Assembly: GCA_965250005.1 (NCBI GenBank)
Contig: OZ252279.1
Coordinates: forward strand, 510,001-542,000
DNA length: 32,000 bases
Origin: Demequinaceae bacterium
GTDB lineage: Bacteria > Actinomycetota > Actinomycetes > Actinomycetales > Demequinaceae
Direction of reading: 5' to 3'
How positions within the stretch are numbered: position 1 is the first letter of the stretch; the number at the start of each line of letters is the position of its first letter. The notes under the pieces were generated by a model. It saw nothing but the letters and a program-made list of their open reading frames with translations, was not told the DNA's origin and did not search any database. Shown in pieces: positions 1 to 8,417 of this stretch. The position numbers and the translations under genes are program-made.

Positions 1-51
1 TGATTGCGTTGAGATCTTGTTGGGCGCGTATCCCATCAAAGAGAGGAAAAC

Positions 52-390
52 ATGGCTGACCGAGCACTTCGCGGGATGCGACTAGGCACACAAAGCATGG
101 AAACCGCGGCAGGAGCGGACTATGCGGCGCGAACGGACGTCGTTTACGACTGCCCGAACGGACACGTCATCACCATGCCGTTCTCCGTCGAGGCCGACGT
201 CCCCGCAATATGGGACTGCCACTGCGGAACAGTCGCGTTAATCCGCCACGGCGAAATGCCTGAGCCTAAAGTTGAGAAGCACGTGAGGACGCACTGGGAC
301 ATGCTCTTGGAGCGCCGCAGCATCCCTGAACTCGAAGTCATCCTCAAAGAACGTCTCGACCTGCTTCGCGCCGGCCGCCTGGGTGTCTAG
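52..390 (+). CDS. rbpA: RNA polymerase-binding protein RbpA
   Basis: The 112 aa product begins MADRALRGMRLG and carries the conserved C-terminal RTHWDMLLERRS...LKERLDLLR sigma-interaction region. ATG start with GAGAGGAAA SD 4-5 nt upstream. Convergent with ppm1, as in other actinobacteria. Confidence 0.9.
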   Translation: MADRALRGMRLGTQSMETAAGADYAARTDVVYDCPNGHVITMPFSVEADVPAIWDCHCGTVALIRHGEMPEPKVEKHVRTHWDMLLERRSIPELEVILKERLDLLRAGRLGV

Positions 391-414
391 AGCCCTCAGG
401 GCGCCCCACTCCGC

Positions 415-1170
415 CTAGGACCGCTCGCGTCGTCTGAACAGGCGCGTGAGTTGGCGGAACCTGTGAGCCACGCCCCAGACCGTCACCTTCCAGAAGGCCT
501 CACGCACGATGTCGGTGCTCATTTTGGACACGCCGTGGGTCCGCTCCACAAACTCGATCGGCACCTCTGCGACCGATGCGCCAGCCCGCACCGCGCGCCA
601 CGTCATGTCCACCTGGAAGCAATATCCCTGCGAGGCGACACTCTCAAGGTCTAGTTGACGTAACGTCGCCGCATGGTACGCGCGGAATCCTGCCGTTGCG
701 TCCTTTACCTTGATTCCCAGCGCCATGCGTACGTAGGTGTTCGCTCCCACGGAAAGTAACTTGCGGCTCGTAGGCCAGTTGACGACGCTACCGCCGGGCA
801 CCCACCGCGCGCCGACAACTAGGTCCGACTCCCCCGTCTTTGCCAGCAAGTCGGGAAGCTGTTTGGCCTGGTGCGAGCCGTCCGCGTCCATCTCGACGAG
901 TATCTCGTAGTCGTGGTCGAACCCCCAGGCGAAGCCCGCTAGATACGCTGCGCCCAAACCCTGCTTCGATTCGCGGTGGAGCACGTTGACGTGCTTGTCG
1001 TTCTTTGCGACGGAGTCCGCCCATTCCCCTGTTCCATCCGGGGAGCCGTCGTCCACCACCAAAATGTCCACGTCCGGAGAGTGCTCGCGCACTCCCGCTA
1101 TCTGACGCGGTAGCGACTCGAGCTCGTTGTACGTCGGGATGATGATCAGCGTCTTCACTCCCACACCCAC
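415..1170 (-). CDS. ppm1: Polyprenol-phosphate mannose synthase (GT2 family, Ppm1 catalytic domain)
   Basis: GT2 signatures IIIPTYNE, VVDDGSPDGT and EMDADGSH (DXD). Lies immediately downstream of lnt and overlaps it. The start is ambiguous among in-frame GTGs at 1170, 1164 and 1158; GTG at 1158 forms a GTGA overlap with the lnt stop. Confidence 0.9.
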   Translation of the reverse strand: MGVGVKTLIIIPTYNELESLPRQIAGVREHSPDVDILVVDDGSPDGTGEWADSVAKNDKHVNVLHRESKQGLGAAYLAGFAWGFDHDYEILVEMDADGSHQAKQLPDLLAKTGESDLVVGARWVPGGSVVNWPTSRKLLSVGANTYVRMALGIKVKDATAGFRAYHAATLRQLDLESVASQGYCFQVDMTWRAVRAGASVAEVPIEFVERTHGVSKMSTDIVREAFWKVTVWGVAHRFRQLTRLFRRRERS

Positions 1171-2687
1171 CTTCCCCTGAGGCTCTTACCCCAGACGATA
1201 GCGACTATCGCGAACGGGAACAGGAGGAAGGCCCAATCCAGGAAGGCGCCGATACGCACGGCAGGGGTCAGCGACGTTCGCAACGGCAGTTGGGCTGCCA
1301 TGTGGTCCGACGTGAAAAGCAGCGTGCTGTCGATCACGCGCCCGTTTGGCGCAACGATGCCACTAACACCCACGGTCGACACCTGGATGGTGGCGCGGCC
1401 CGTCTCAATCGCCCGGAGGCGAGTCATGGCCAGCTGCTGCTCGGACTCCGCCGTGACACCGAACGACGCATTGTTGGTCTGCACAACAATGATCTCCGCG
1501 CCCGCGTTCACGGCATTTCGAACGAGCGGGTCGTACGCGACCTCGAAGCAGATCACGTCACCGATGACCACCGTGCGATCAAGCCGTTCGAGCGGCAGGT
1601 CGACGGTGCCGACTCCCATGCCCGCGATCATGTCGGTCCGCACCCGATCCACTTCCTCAGAGAAGAGTCGAGCGATGCTCCGCATAGGGATGTATTCAGC
1701 GAAGGGCGCCGGGTGCTGCTTGTTGTACACGTCCAGGACGCCGCCCTGTTCGTCAATCAGCAGCGCAGTGTTGAGCCTGCCATTCTCCGGGGAAAAATCG
1801 ACCGTGCCGAGCAGGATGGGCGCGCCCAGGGCCTGGGCCGCTGCCTTCACGCCATCGGCGGTTACCCTATCGATCCGGGGGTCGATATCTGCGGCATTCT
1901 CAGCCCAAACCACGAGGTCCAGGTCAAACCCTTCGCCCGCAAGCGCCAACGACTCGTCGACGTGGTTATTCGTGACCTGCCTAGCCTGATTGAACGAATC
2001 GAGCCCAAGGTTTGGCACGTTGCCTTGCACCACGCCGACGTTCAGTGTGCCCGACTCCGCTTGGGTATCGAGTGGAATTGCCAGGCCCGAGACGGCAATA
2101 GTGCCTGCGCCGAACGCTACCGCCGCCGGGAGGAGCACGCGGCGCGCGCGCAGCGCTTCGAAGCCGATGCCCAAGAGTCCACCGATTGTAGCGACCGCGA
2201 AGGACACCAGTGCCGCTCCGCCCAGCCATGCGAGCCGCGACAGCGGCCCGTCGAGCTGCGAGAACGCCAGGCGCCCCCACGGGAACCCGCCAAAGGGGAA
2301 GATGCTCCGCACTTGCTCAAACGTCACCCACAGAAACCCGAAGGTGAGCGGTTCGAGCCACAGTCTGTTTTCGAGCAGCTCCGAGTTCCGAACCCATGCC
2401 CACATGAACGCGAAGAACGCCACCGCGAAGGATTCGAGTAGCGTCAGCGCGATCCACGGAATGACGCCGACAGACGCGTACGCCCACCAGATGTGTGGCA
2501 GGAAGAATCCGATGCCCCATGCCATGCCCACCCCGAATGCGCGGCGCCGAGTCACGTTCTCAAGCGCCCACCACAGCAGCGCGAGTCCCACGGCTGCGAG
2601 CGGCCACCACCCGAAGATCGGGAAGGCTAGATTGGTAATCCATCCGCTCAACACAGCGAGAGCAAGGTTGCGGGAGACGGACACCAC
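1155..2687 (-). CDS. lnt: Apolipoprotein N-acyltransferase (Lnt / Ppm2-like)
   Basis: 510 aa with a multi-TM N-terminus followed by a CN-hydrolase domain (VVWAENA, ICFEVAYD catalytic Cys context). Two tandem GTG starts at 2687 and 2684. Confidence 0.9.
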   Translation of the reverse strand: MVSVSRNLALAVLSGWITNLAFPIFGWWPLAAVGLALLWWALENVTRRRAFGVGMAWGIGFFLPHIWWAYASVGVIPWIALTLLESFAVAFFAFMWAWVRNSELLENRLWLEPLTFGFLWVTFEQVRSIFPFGGFPWGRLAFSQLDGPLSRLAWLGGAALVSFAVATIGGLLGIGFEALRARRVLLPAAVAFGAGTIAVSGLAIPLDTQAESGTLNVGVVQGNVPNLGLDSFNQARQVTNNHVDESLALAGEGFDLDLVVWAENAADIDPRIDRVTADGVKAAAQALGAPILLGTVDFSPENGRLNTALLIDEQGGVLDVYNKQHPAPFAEYIPMRSIARLFSEEVDRVRTDMIAGMGVGTVDLPLERLDRTVVIGDVICFEVAYDPLVRNAVNAGAEIIVVQTNNASFGVTAESEQQLAMTRLRAIETGRATIQVSTVGVSGIVAPNGRVIDSTLLFTSDHMAAQLPLRTSLTPAVRIGAFLDWAFLLFPFAIVAIVWGKSLRGRWVWE

Positions 2688-2690
2688 GCA

Positions 2691-2696
2691 AGCCTA
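2691..2696 (-). promoter_or_regulatory. Candidate -10 box (TAGGCT) for a leaderless lnt
   Basis: TAGGCT-tgc-GTG-GTG: 6-nt spacer to the second GTG (2684) and no SD. Confidence 0.3.
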
Positions 2697-2731
2697 CGTG
2701 AAGTGCCCGGCGTGCCTCGCGCGGCTCGCGA

Positions 2732-5500
2732 CTAGTACGCGACCACTCCCCTGCGGATGGCTTCAATCGTCGCCGTCGCCGTTTGGCGTAACTGATCGTT
2801 GGGGGCCGAGTTGGCAATCTGGTCCAAGACGTCGATGATTTGCTTGCACCACCGGACCATGTCGCCTGGAGCAAGACTCGAACCCCGCAGTACCGAGTCG
2901 AGGCCCTTGCCTGCCGCCCACGAGTACACCGGCGCGACGATCCCCCACTGGGGGGCGGGGCTCGCCGGCAGTTGGTGCGAGGAGTGAAGATCGTCGACGC
3001 GGGACCAGATGCGAGCGGTCTCCCGCATCGCCAAGCCAACCGGTCCGTTGGGTCCTTGCGGAATGTGGGGGGTTTGGTTTTCGTCGTCGCGTCGGCCGCC
3101 GTAGACGACAGTGGACACGACCGCGGCAAGCGCGGGGACAGGCAGATGATCCCAAGCGCCTTCGCGCAGGCATTCGGCGATGACCAGATCATTCTCGGAG
3201 TAGACCGTGCGCAGCATCGTCCCGCTCGCGGTCGGTTTGAACCCGCCAGCCACCGAAGTTAAATATCCGAGCTCGGCGAGCACCTCGCAACGGCGGTCAA
3301 AGAGCCGCGGAATGGACCCCGTCGCGCGCGAGATCTCCCCGGCGAACTGATCTCGATCCCGTAGGGCCCGGAAGTAGCGCTCCGCCCAGCGGGCATGCTC
3401 CTCGCGGTCCGCGCAGCCGTGGCACGCGTGCGCACCCAATTGCTTGCGCAGCGCATCGATTTCATCCGCCTTCGAGTCGCCCGTCGCGGGGGCCCGGCGC
3501 GACCCACGGCGACTGCCCCCATCAGTCGGCTTGAGCGTTCCACGCTGAGACCGCATCTTCGCGGCAATGTCCTTGCGCACGCGCGCCGTTCGCGCGTCAA
3601 TCTTCTTGGGTAGCTTGAGCTCACCTACCTCTTCGATCCCGTGATGAAGTTCCGCCGCGCTCAGTCGGAACGATCGCGCGTCCTCGGTCACGACCATCGG
3701 CCGCGGCTTCTCCGATGCGTCAGGAGCGACGACTACCGCCAGGCCCTTGTGCTTGCCGCCGAGTATTCGGACCACAGCACCCCTGCGCAGCCACTGCAGC
3801 GTCGTGGCCGTAGCCTCGCGGCGCTCGCGCGACGACGCCTGAGACTGACTCTTCTGGAGACGGTTGACCTTCTCGCGAAGGCCTGCGTACTCCATGAAGT
3901 CGCCCTGATCGCACGCGACGGCGTCGCGGAATCCCTCCAACGAATCGCCAAGCTCTTTAACCCGGCGAGCCTGGCTTACGACCGCCTGGTCCGCCTGGAA
4001 CTGCGCGAAGGACATCTCGAGGACTTCTCGCGCTTTAAGAACCCCCGATTGCGCGACGAGGTTCAGCGTCATGTTGTACGAAGGCTGGAAGCTGCTCACC
4101 AGCGGGTACGTGCGGCGAGACGCCAACTGGCCAAGGCCCCGGACGTCAAAACCCGGGTGCTCAATGACAACGGCGTGCCCCTCGACGTCAATCCCGCGGC
4201 GCCCCGCCCGTCCCGTCAGTTGCGTGTACTCCCCCGCCGTCAGGTCCTTGTGGGTTTCGCCGTTCCACTTGACGAGCTTCTCAAGAACCACCGAGCGCGC
4301 GGGCATGTTAATTCCCAGCGCGAGGGTCTCGGTTGCAAAGACAACCTTGATGAGCCCCACAGCGAAGAGCTCCTCGACTACCTCCTTAAACAGCGGAATC
4401 ATCCCCGCGTGGTGGGCGGCCAGACCCAACTCGAGGTGGTCGCGCCAGTTCGTGAATTCGAGCGGCCCCAGATCCTCCGCGGGTAGCGCGGCGCACCGCG
4501 CTTCGACGATCTCGCGTATTCGGTCGCGCTCCGCCGCAGACGTGAGCGTGACGCCTGCATTGCGCACCTGATCCACCGCGTCCTCGCATCCCGCGCGCGA
4601 GAACACAAAGAAGATTGCGGGCAGCAGTTCGTTGGCGTCGAGCACCTCCACCACTGCGAATCGAGGCGGAGAACGGCGGGGCCGACCGCGGTTGCCACCC
4701 CGCGCGGGCCGGTTGCCACCGCGCGTATGACGATTGCGGGTGTCGAGCGATCGATGGCGCCGCGCGATCGCGTCGAGCTCGGGGTTGAGCCGGGGGCTCG
4801 CGCCCACTTGCGCCGGATTTACGCCAGGTGCGTAGAGGTCGAAGATGCCCTCGCTCATGAATACGTGGGGCCAAAGTGGGACGGGGCGAGTCTCGCTAAC
4901 GATCACGTCGGTGTTGCCGCGGACCTCGCCCAGCCAGTCACCAAATTCCTCGGCGTTCGACACGGTCGCGCTCAGCGCCACGATCGCGGTGCGCAGGTCA
5001 AGGTGAATAATCACCTCTTCCCAGACGCTGCCCCGGAACTTGTCGGCGAGGTAGTGAACCTCGTCTAGGACGACCACACCGAGCCGGTCCAGCGCCGCCG
5101 AGCCCGCATAGATCATGTTGCGCAGAACCTCGGTAGTCATCACCACAATGTCTGCGTCGCTATTGATGGTCGTGTCGCCCGTCAGGAGGCCGACGGCGTC
5201 TTCACCGTAGACCGCGCGCAGCTCGTTGAACTTCTGATTCGAGAGCGCCTTGATTGGCGTGGTGTAGAACGCCTTCTCGTTGCGTCCGTGGGCGTGCCTG
5301 ATCGCGAACTCGCCCACGACGGTCTTGCCAGCACCCGTTGGCGCCGCGACCAGTACGGATTTGCCATCTTCGACAGCGTCGCACGCGCGTAGCTGGAAGT
5401 CGTCAAAGGGGAACGACAGCGAATCTGCAAATGCCCGCACGCCCGCGTGCTTCGCGCGATTCCGCGACGCCGCGAAACGTTCCGCTGGCGTCTCACTCAT
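2732..5500 (-). CDS. helY: Ski2-like DEAD/DEAH-box RNA helicase HelY
   Basis: Walker A AAPTGAGKT, motif II LDEVHY, motif III SAT, plus the C-terminal DSHCT-type region. I place the start at ATG 5500 (MSETPAERF...). The ORF-track GTG at 5545 would overlap the upstream gene by 35 nt. Confidence 0.88.
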   Translation of the reverse strand: MSETPAERFAASRNRAKHAGVRAFADSLSFPFDDFQLRACDAVEDGKSVLVAAPTGAGKTVVGEFAIRHAHGRNEKAFYTTPIKALSNQKFNELRAVYGEDAVGLLTGDTTINSDADIVVMTTEVLRNMIYAGSAALDRLGVVVLDEVHYLADKFRGSVWEEVIIHLDLRTAIVALSATVSNAEEFGDWLGEVRGNTDVIVSETRPVPLWPHVFMSEGIFDLYAPGVNPAQVGASPRLNPELDAIARRHRSLDTRNRHTRGGNRPARGGNRGRPRRSPPRFAVVEVLDANELLPAIFFVFSRAGCEDAVDQVRNAGVTLTSAAERDRIREIVEARCAALPAEDLGPLEFTNWRDHLELGLAAHHAGMIPLFKEVVEELFAVGLIKVVFATETLALGINMPARSVVLEKLVKWNGETHKDLTAGEYTQLTGRAGRRGIDVEGHAVVIEHPGFDVRGLGQLASRRTYPLVSSFQPSYNMTLNLVAQSGVLKAREVLEMSFAQFQADQAVVSQARRVKELGDSLEGFRDAVACDQGDFMEYAGLREKVNRLQKSQSQASSRERREATATTLQWLRRGAVVRILGGKHKGLAVVVAPDASEKPRPMVVTEDARSFRLSAAELHHGIEEVGELKLPKKIDARTARVRKDIAAKMRSQRGTLKPTDGGSRRGSRRAPATGDSKADEIDALRKQLGAHACHGCADREEHARWAERYFRALRDRDQFAGEISRATGSIPRLFDRRCEVLAELGYLTSVAGGFKPTASGTMLRTVYSENDLVIAECLREGAWDHLPVPALAAVVSTVVYGGRRDDENQTPHIPQGPNGPVGLAMRETARIWSRVDDLHSSHQLPASPAPQWGIVAPVYSWAAGKGLDSVLRGSSLAPGDMVRWCKQIIDVLDQIANSAPNDQLRQTATATIEAIRRGVVAY

Positions 5501-5507
5501 GCCATGA

Positions 5508-5513
5508 AGGCTA
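5508..5513 (-). promoter_or_regulatory. Candidate -10 box (TAGCCT) for a leaderless helY, built on the lipid-kinase stop codon
   Basis: TAGCCT-tcatggc-ATG: 7-nt spacer and no SD. Confidence 0.3.
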
Positions 5514-6464
5514 CTTGACCCGCGCCCCCAGCACGCGCAGCGCACCCGGCGCCACCTCGACGTTCAGTGGCTCGGAGCCCACCAGCTCCCCATCCGCGAA
5601 TGCCGCTGGCATTGTCGCACCAAGCGGTGACTGTTCGATGAGAATCTTCTTGGCGCGAACCTGGTGAAGCTTGGGGTCATCCATGTGCGACCCGTCACTG
5701 AGCTTGGGGAAAATCTTGAGGACCTCGAGCTTCGACATTCCCTTCGCGACCACAACATCGAGCATGCCGTCGGTGATGCTCGCTTCCTTGGTCGCGTAGA
5801 GCCCGCCGCCAAAGATCGGCGTGTTTGCGACCGCGACAAGCGTCGCGTTCTGCTCCCACGTGAAGCCGTCGGCTGTCACCTTGATCCCATACGGCTTGAA
5901 GCGAGGAATCTCACGCATGGTCGCAACCTTGTACTTGAGCGGCCCGCGCGGGTACTTGAGGTTCGAGCCATAGAGCGCGACCGCGGCGTCCAGGCCCGCG
6001 GACAAGACGCAGTTGAAGTAGCGCGGGTTGCCCGGCTCTTCGATTCCGGGCCCCGAAAGTTTGCCGAGATCCACATCCGTGTGATCGCCCTCGAGCCCCT
6101 CGAGCACGCGATCAGCAGCAGCATCGATGTCGTGTATAGGCAGGCCATAGGTGATAGCCGCGTCATTGCCCGAGCCAGCCGCTATCACGCCCATCGGGAT
6201 TTTCCTGTTGCGGCTCATGCGCCGCCTGCTCGCGACTATTTGAGTGCCAAGGTGCGCCATGCCGTCGCCGCCGACCACCACGAGCGCGTCTATGTCACCC
6301 CGCGCGTTCATCCCCGCCTCAAACGCGCCACCCCACGATCCACGCGTGAGGTCGATGACCTTTACGCCGCGCTCCGACAACGCCGCAAGGGCCTCGCGAC
6401 CCCAGCGCGCTCCCCTGCCGCTACCGGATGTCGGGTTGGTGATGACGCCTACGGTGTGGGTCAT
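5511..6464 (-). CDS. Diacylglycerol kinase-family lipid kinase (DagK/YegS/LCB5-like catalytic domain)
   Basis: 317 aa from MTHTVGVITNPTSGSGRG, with VVVGGDGM (GGDG motif) and GSGND. ATG 6464 forms an ATGA overlap with the tatC stop. The 477-aa ORF-track version (to 6944) overlaps tatC out of frame and is rejected. Confidence 0.85.
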   Translation of the reverse strand: MTHTVGVITNPTSGSGRGARWGREALAALSERGVKVIDLTRGSWGGAFEAGMNARGDIDALVVVGGDGMAHLGTQIVASRRRMSRNRKIPMGVIAAGSGNDAAITYGLPIHDIDAAADRVLEGLEGDHTDVDLGKLSGPGIEEPGNPRYFNCVLSAGLDAAVALYGSNLKYPRGPLKYKVATMREIPRFKPYGIKVTADGFTWEQNATLVAVANTPIFGGGLYATKEASITDGMLDVVVAKGMSKLEVLKIFPKLSDGSHMDDPKLHQVRAKKILIEQSPLGATMPAAFADGELVGSEPLNVEVAPGALRVLGARVK

Positions 6465-7216
6465 GAAGTGCCCTTTCGTCGCTTGCGCCGCTTCAGGGCG
6501 CCAATGCCTATTGCTAGAAAGTACAGGGCGCACATCGGAAGCGCCATGGCCAACATCGACAACACGTCCGGCGTTGGCGTGATGAGGGCTGCAAAGACGA
6601 GGATGACGACGACGGCCCAGCGCCAGCCGTGCAGCCACGTGCGCGGCTTCACGATGCCCAGCCAACTCAGTCCGACCATCACCACGGGGAAGACCAACGT
6701 GATTCCCAGCCCCACCATCACGTGCATCACGAAGGTCAGGTAATCCTGCGCGTTGATGAGGTTTGTCGACTCCTCGGGGATGAAGTCCGTCAGTATCCGG
6801 ACCGCGCGCGGGAGTATCCACCAGCCGAGCGCGACGCCTCCGGCAAACAGTGGGAGCGCAGCTGCCATGAAGCCTGCCGTGTAGAAGCGCTCGCGGCGCT
6901 TGAGTCCCGGTGCGACGTATGCCCAAAGTTGGTAGAGCCACCATGGCGACGAGGCGATGAAGCCCAGGAACAGGCTGACGCGGACGCGCATGTCGAGAGC
7001 CGTAATCACGCCAGCGAAGTTGATGGAGATTTGTCCGTCGCTCGCTGCCGCAGCCTGGAGCACGGGACGCTGGAGAGCCTCAAAAGCGGGCTCGAAATAG
7101 AACCACCCGACGACGGCCGCGATCAGAATCCCGCTCAACGCGAGGATGAGCCTGTTCCGCGCCTCCTTCAGGTGGTCGCGAAGCGGCATCCGCCGCTCGG
7201 AGTTCTTGGTGACCAC
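6461..7216 (-). CDS. tatC: Twin-arginine translocase subunit TatC
   Basis: 251 aa polytopic membrane protein with the N-terminal PLRDHLKEARNRLI motif typical of TatC. Follows tatA. The start is uncertain between GTG 7216 and ATG 7189. Confidence 0.9.
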   Translation of the reverse strand: MVTKNSERRMPLRDHLKEARNRLILALSGILIAAVVGWFYFEPAFEALQRPVLQAAAASDGQISINFAGVITALDMRVRVSLFLGFIASSPWWLYQLWAYVAPGLKRRERFYTAGFMAAALPLFAGGVALGWWILPRAVRILTDFIPEESTNLINAQDYLTFVMHVMVGLGITLVFPVVMVGLSWLGIVKPRTWLHGWRWAVVVILVFAALITPTPDVLSMLAMALPMCALYFLAIGIGALKRRKRRKGTS

Positions 7217-7237
7217 GGGCGTCCGCGCCTGGTGACG

Positions 7238-7435
7238 CTAGGCGTCGCCCTTGTCCGCGTCTTTGTCCGCATCCTTGGCGCCGTCGGAATCCGATTCGCG
7301 GAGCGCCTTGGTCTCATCCTTGAGGATTCGCATCGACTTGCCGAGGCTCCGCGCTAGCTCAGGCAGCTTTGGCGCCCCGAAGAGCAGCACCACGACCACA
7401 AGAACAGCCACAAGCTGCCACGCTGAAAACCTCAT
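7238..7435 (-). CDS. tatA: Twin-arginine translocase subunit TatA
   Basis: 65 aa with one TM helix, then [21 protein letters not shown] and an acidic tail. ATG start with AAGGAG SD 5 nt upstream. Confidence 0.92.
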   Translation of the reverse strand: MRFSAWQLVAVLVVVVLLFGAPKLPELARSLGKSMRILKDETKALRESDSDGAKDADKDADKGDA

Positions 7436-7460
7436 CTGTTCTCCTTAAGACGGTGAGCCA

Positions 7461-7466
7461 AGTCTA
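7461..7466 (-). promoter_or_regulatory. Candidate -10 box (TAGACT) upstream of tatA
   Basis: TAGACTTG lies 25 nt upstream of the tatA ATG, followed by an AAGGAG SD. A weak -35-like CCGACA sits 15 nt upstream. Confidence 0.35.
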
Positions 7467-7496
7467 CCCATGGCCTATGCATGTCGGGCCAGCCAC

Positions 7497-8417
7497 TCAT
7501 ATTGCCGACGCGAGCACGGCCTGAGCCGCCGCACGCAGGTGTTCGGCGAGCTGCCGCGGCGAGACGCTGCGCAGCGCTGGGCCGACCGAGAGCATCCTGG
7601 CGACAACAACCTCGGGGTTCGAGACACCCACGCGAACCTCGACCAACCCGCCCTCGGTTGGCTCGACCACCGCGCCGGGAAGGTCCTCGAAAGCCCATCG
7701 GCCTGCTGCCGCTATCTCGATGCGCGCGTCGTAGGCCGCATCGAGCGCGAATCCCGGCCTGCCAGCCGTGGGCGCAGTGAAGTCGGTGCCGGTGGCCGTG
7801 ACGGACGCGATCCTATCCAGCCGGAGCGTGCGGTAGTCGGAGGCACGGTGGCAATAGCATTCGACGTACCCCAGCCCGTCGATCGTCACCAACCGATGCG
7901 GTTCGATGACGCGCGTCGTTCGACGATCTTTGGCGTCTACGTAGTCCACCTCCACCGCTTGTGTTGCGCCAGCCGCTTCTGTGAGTGTGGAGGTGATAGC
8001 GGGGTCGACGGAGCCGACCGGGATCACCGTCACCTGCGCGGCTCCCGCGATTGCATCGCCCAGCTTGTCCAACGCGCTCGCAGCCGCCGGCGGCGCCGCC
8101 CCGGAAGAAACCATGCTTCCGAGCGCGGCCATCAAGGACACGGCCTCGCTCGGGGCCAGCCGGACCTGGTGCACGCCCTGAGAGTTGATCAGCCGCGCGA
8201 TGCCCTGGTCGTAGGCCCAGCCGTCGAAATCCAACAAGTCGTTGGTCCCGTAGCCCGGGAGTCCTGCTACCCACAGCGTCTCGACGTCGCGCTTAATCAC
8301 GGCGTCCGACACCTCGAAGTGTGCGGCGAGCTCGGCGAACGACGCCTCGCCGTGTTCCTCGAGATGCGTCACGATGCCCAACAGCCGCGTGACGCGCGGA
8401 ATCGCGCGCTCAGCCAC
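7497..8417 (-). CDS. pafC: HTH-WYL-WCX transcriptional regulator PafC
   Basis: 306 aa with an N-terminal HTH (RVTRLLGIVTHLEEHGEASFAELAAHF) and a central WYL-type domain. It is the second gene of a paralogous pair directly upstream of tatA, as in Mycobacterium/Corynebacterium. GTG start preceded by GGAGG, with an 8-nt overlap with pafB. Confidence 0.8.
   Translation of the reverse strand: MAERAIPRVTRLLGIVTHLEEHGEASFAELAAHFEVSDAVIKRDVETLWVAGLPGYGTNDLLDFDGWAYDQGIARLINSQGVHQVRLAPSEAVSLMAALGSMVSSGAAPPAAASALDKLGDAIAGAAQVTVIPVGSVDPAITSTLTEAAGATQAVEVDYVDAKDRRTTRVIEPHRLVTIDGLGYVECYCHRASDYRTLRLDRIASVTATGTDFTAPTAGRPGFALDAAYDARIEIAAAGRWAFEDLPGAVVEPTEGGLVEVRVGVSNPEVVVARMLSVGPALRSVSPRQLAEHLRAAAQAVLASAI

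Noticed and set aside
1-51. Promoter for rbpA
   Set aside because: TTGCGT (4..9) is -35-like, but no TANNNT hexamer follows at a sensible spacing. The real promoter may lie beyond the left edge.
391-414. Bidirectional terminator between the convergent rbpA and ppm1
   Set aside because: Only a 4-bp GCCC/GGGC stem with a 3-nt loop and no T/A tracts. Too weak to call.
4689-4720. Direct repeat cggttgccacc x2 with a 21-nt period inside helY
   Set aside because: It encodes a short duplicated GGNR(P/G) segment in an Arg/Gly-rich linker of HelY. This is an in-frame low-complexity duplication, not a mobile or regulatory repeat.
5501-5545. GTG 5545 as the helY start
   Set aside because: It would overlap the lipid-kinase gene by 35 nt and add a Cys/Trp/Gly-rich peptide. 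ATG 5500 (MSETPAERF) fits HelY N-termini better.
6465-6944. N-terminal 160-aa extension of the 5511..6944 ORF
   Set aside because: It overlaps tatC out of frame and is Arg/His/Gly-rich with no homology signal. The conserved lipid-kinase N-terminus (MTHTVGVITNPTSGSG) begins at ATG 6464, in an ATGA overlap with tatC.
7217-7237. TAGCGT box built on the tatA stop as a tatC promoter
   Set aside because: It lies 18 nt from GTG 7216, the wrong spacing for a leaderless start, and there is no SD. tatC is more simply co-transcribed with tatA.
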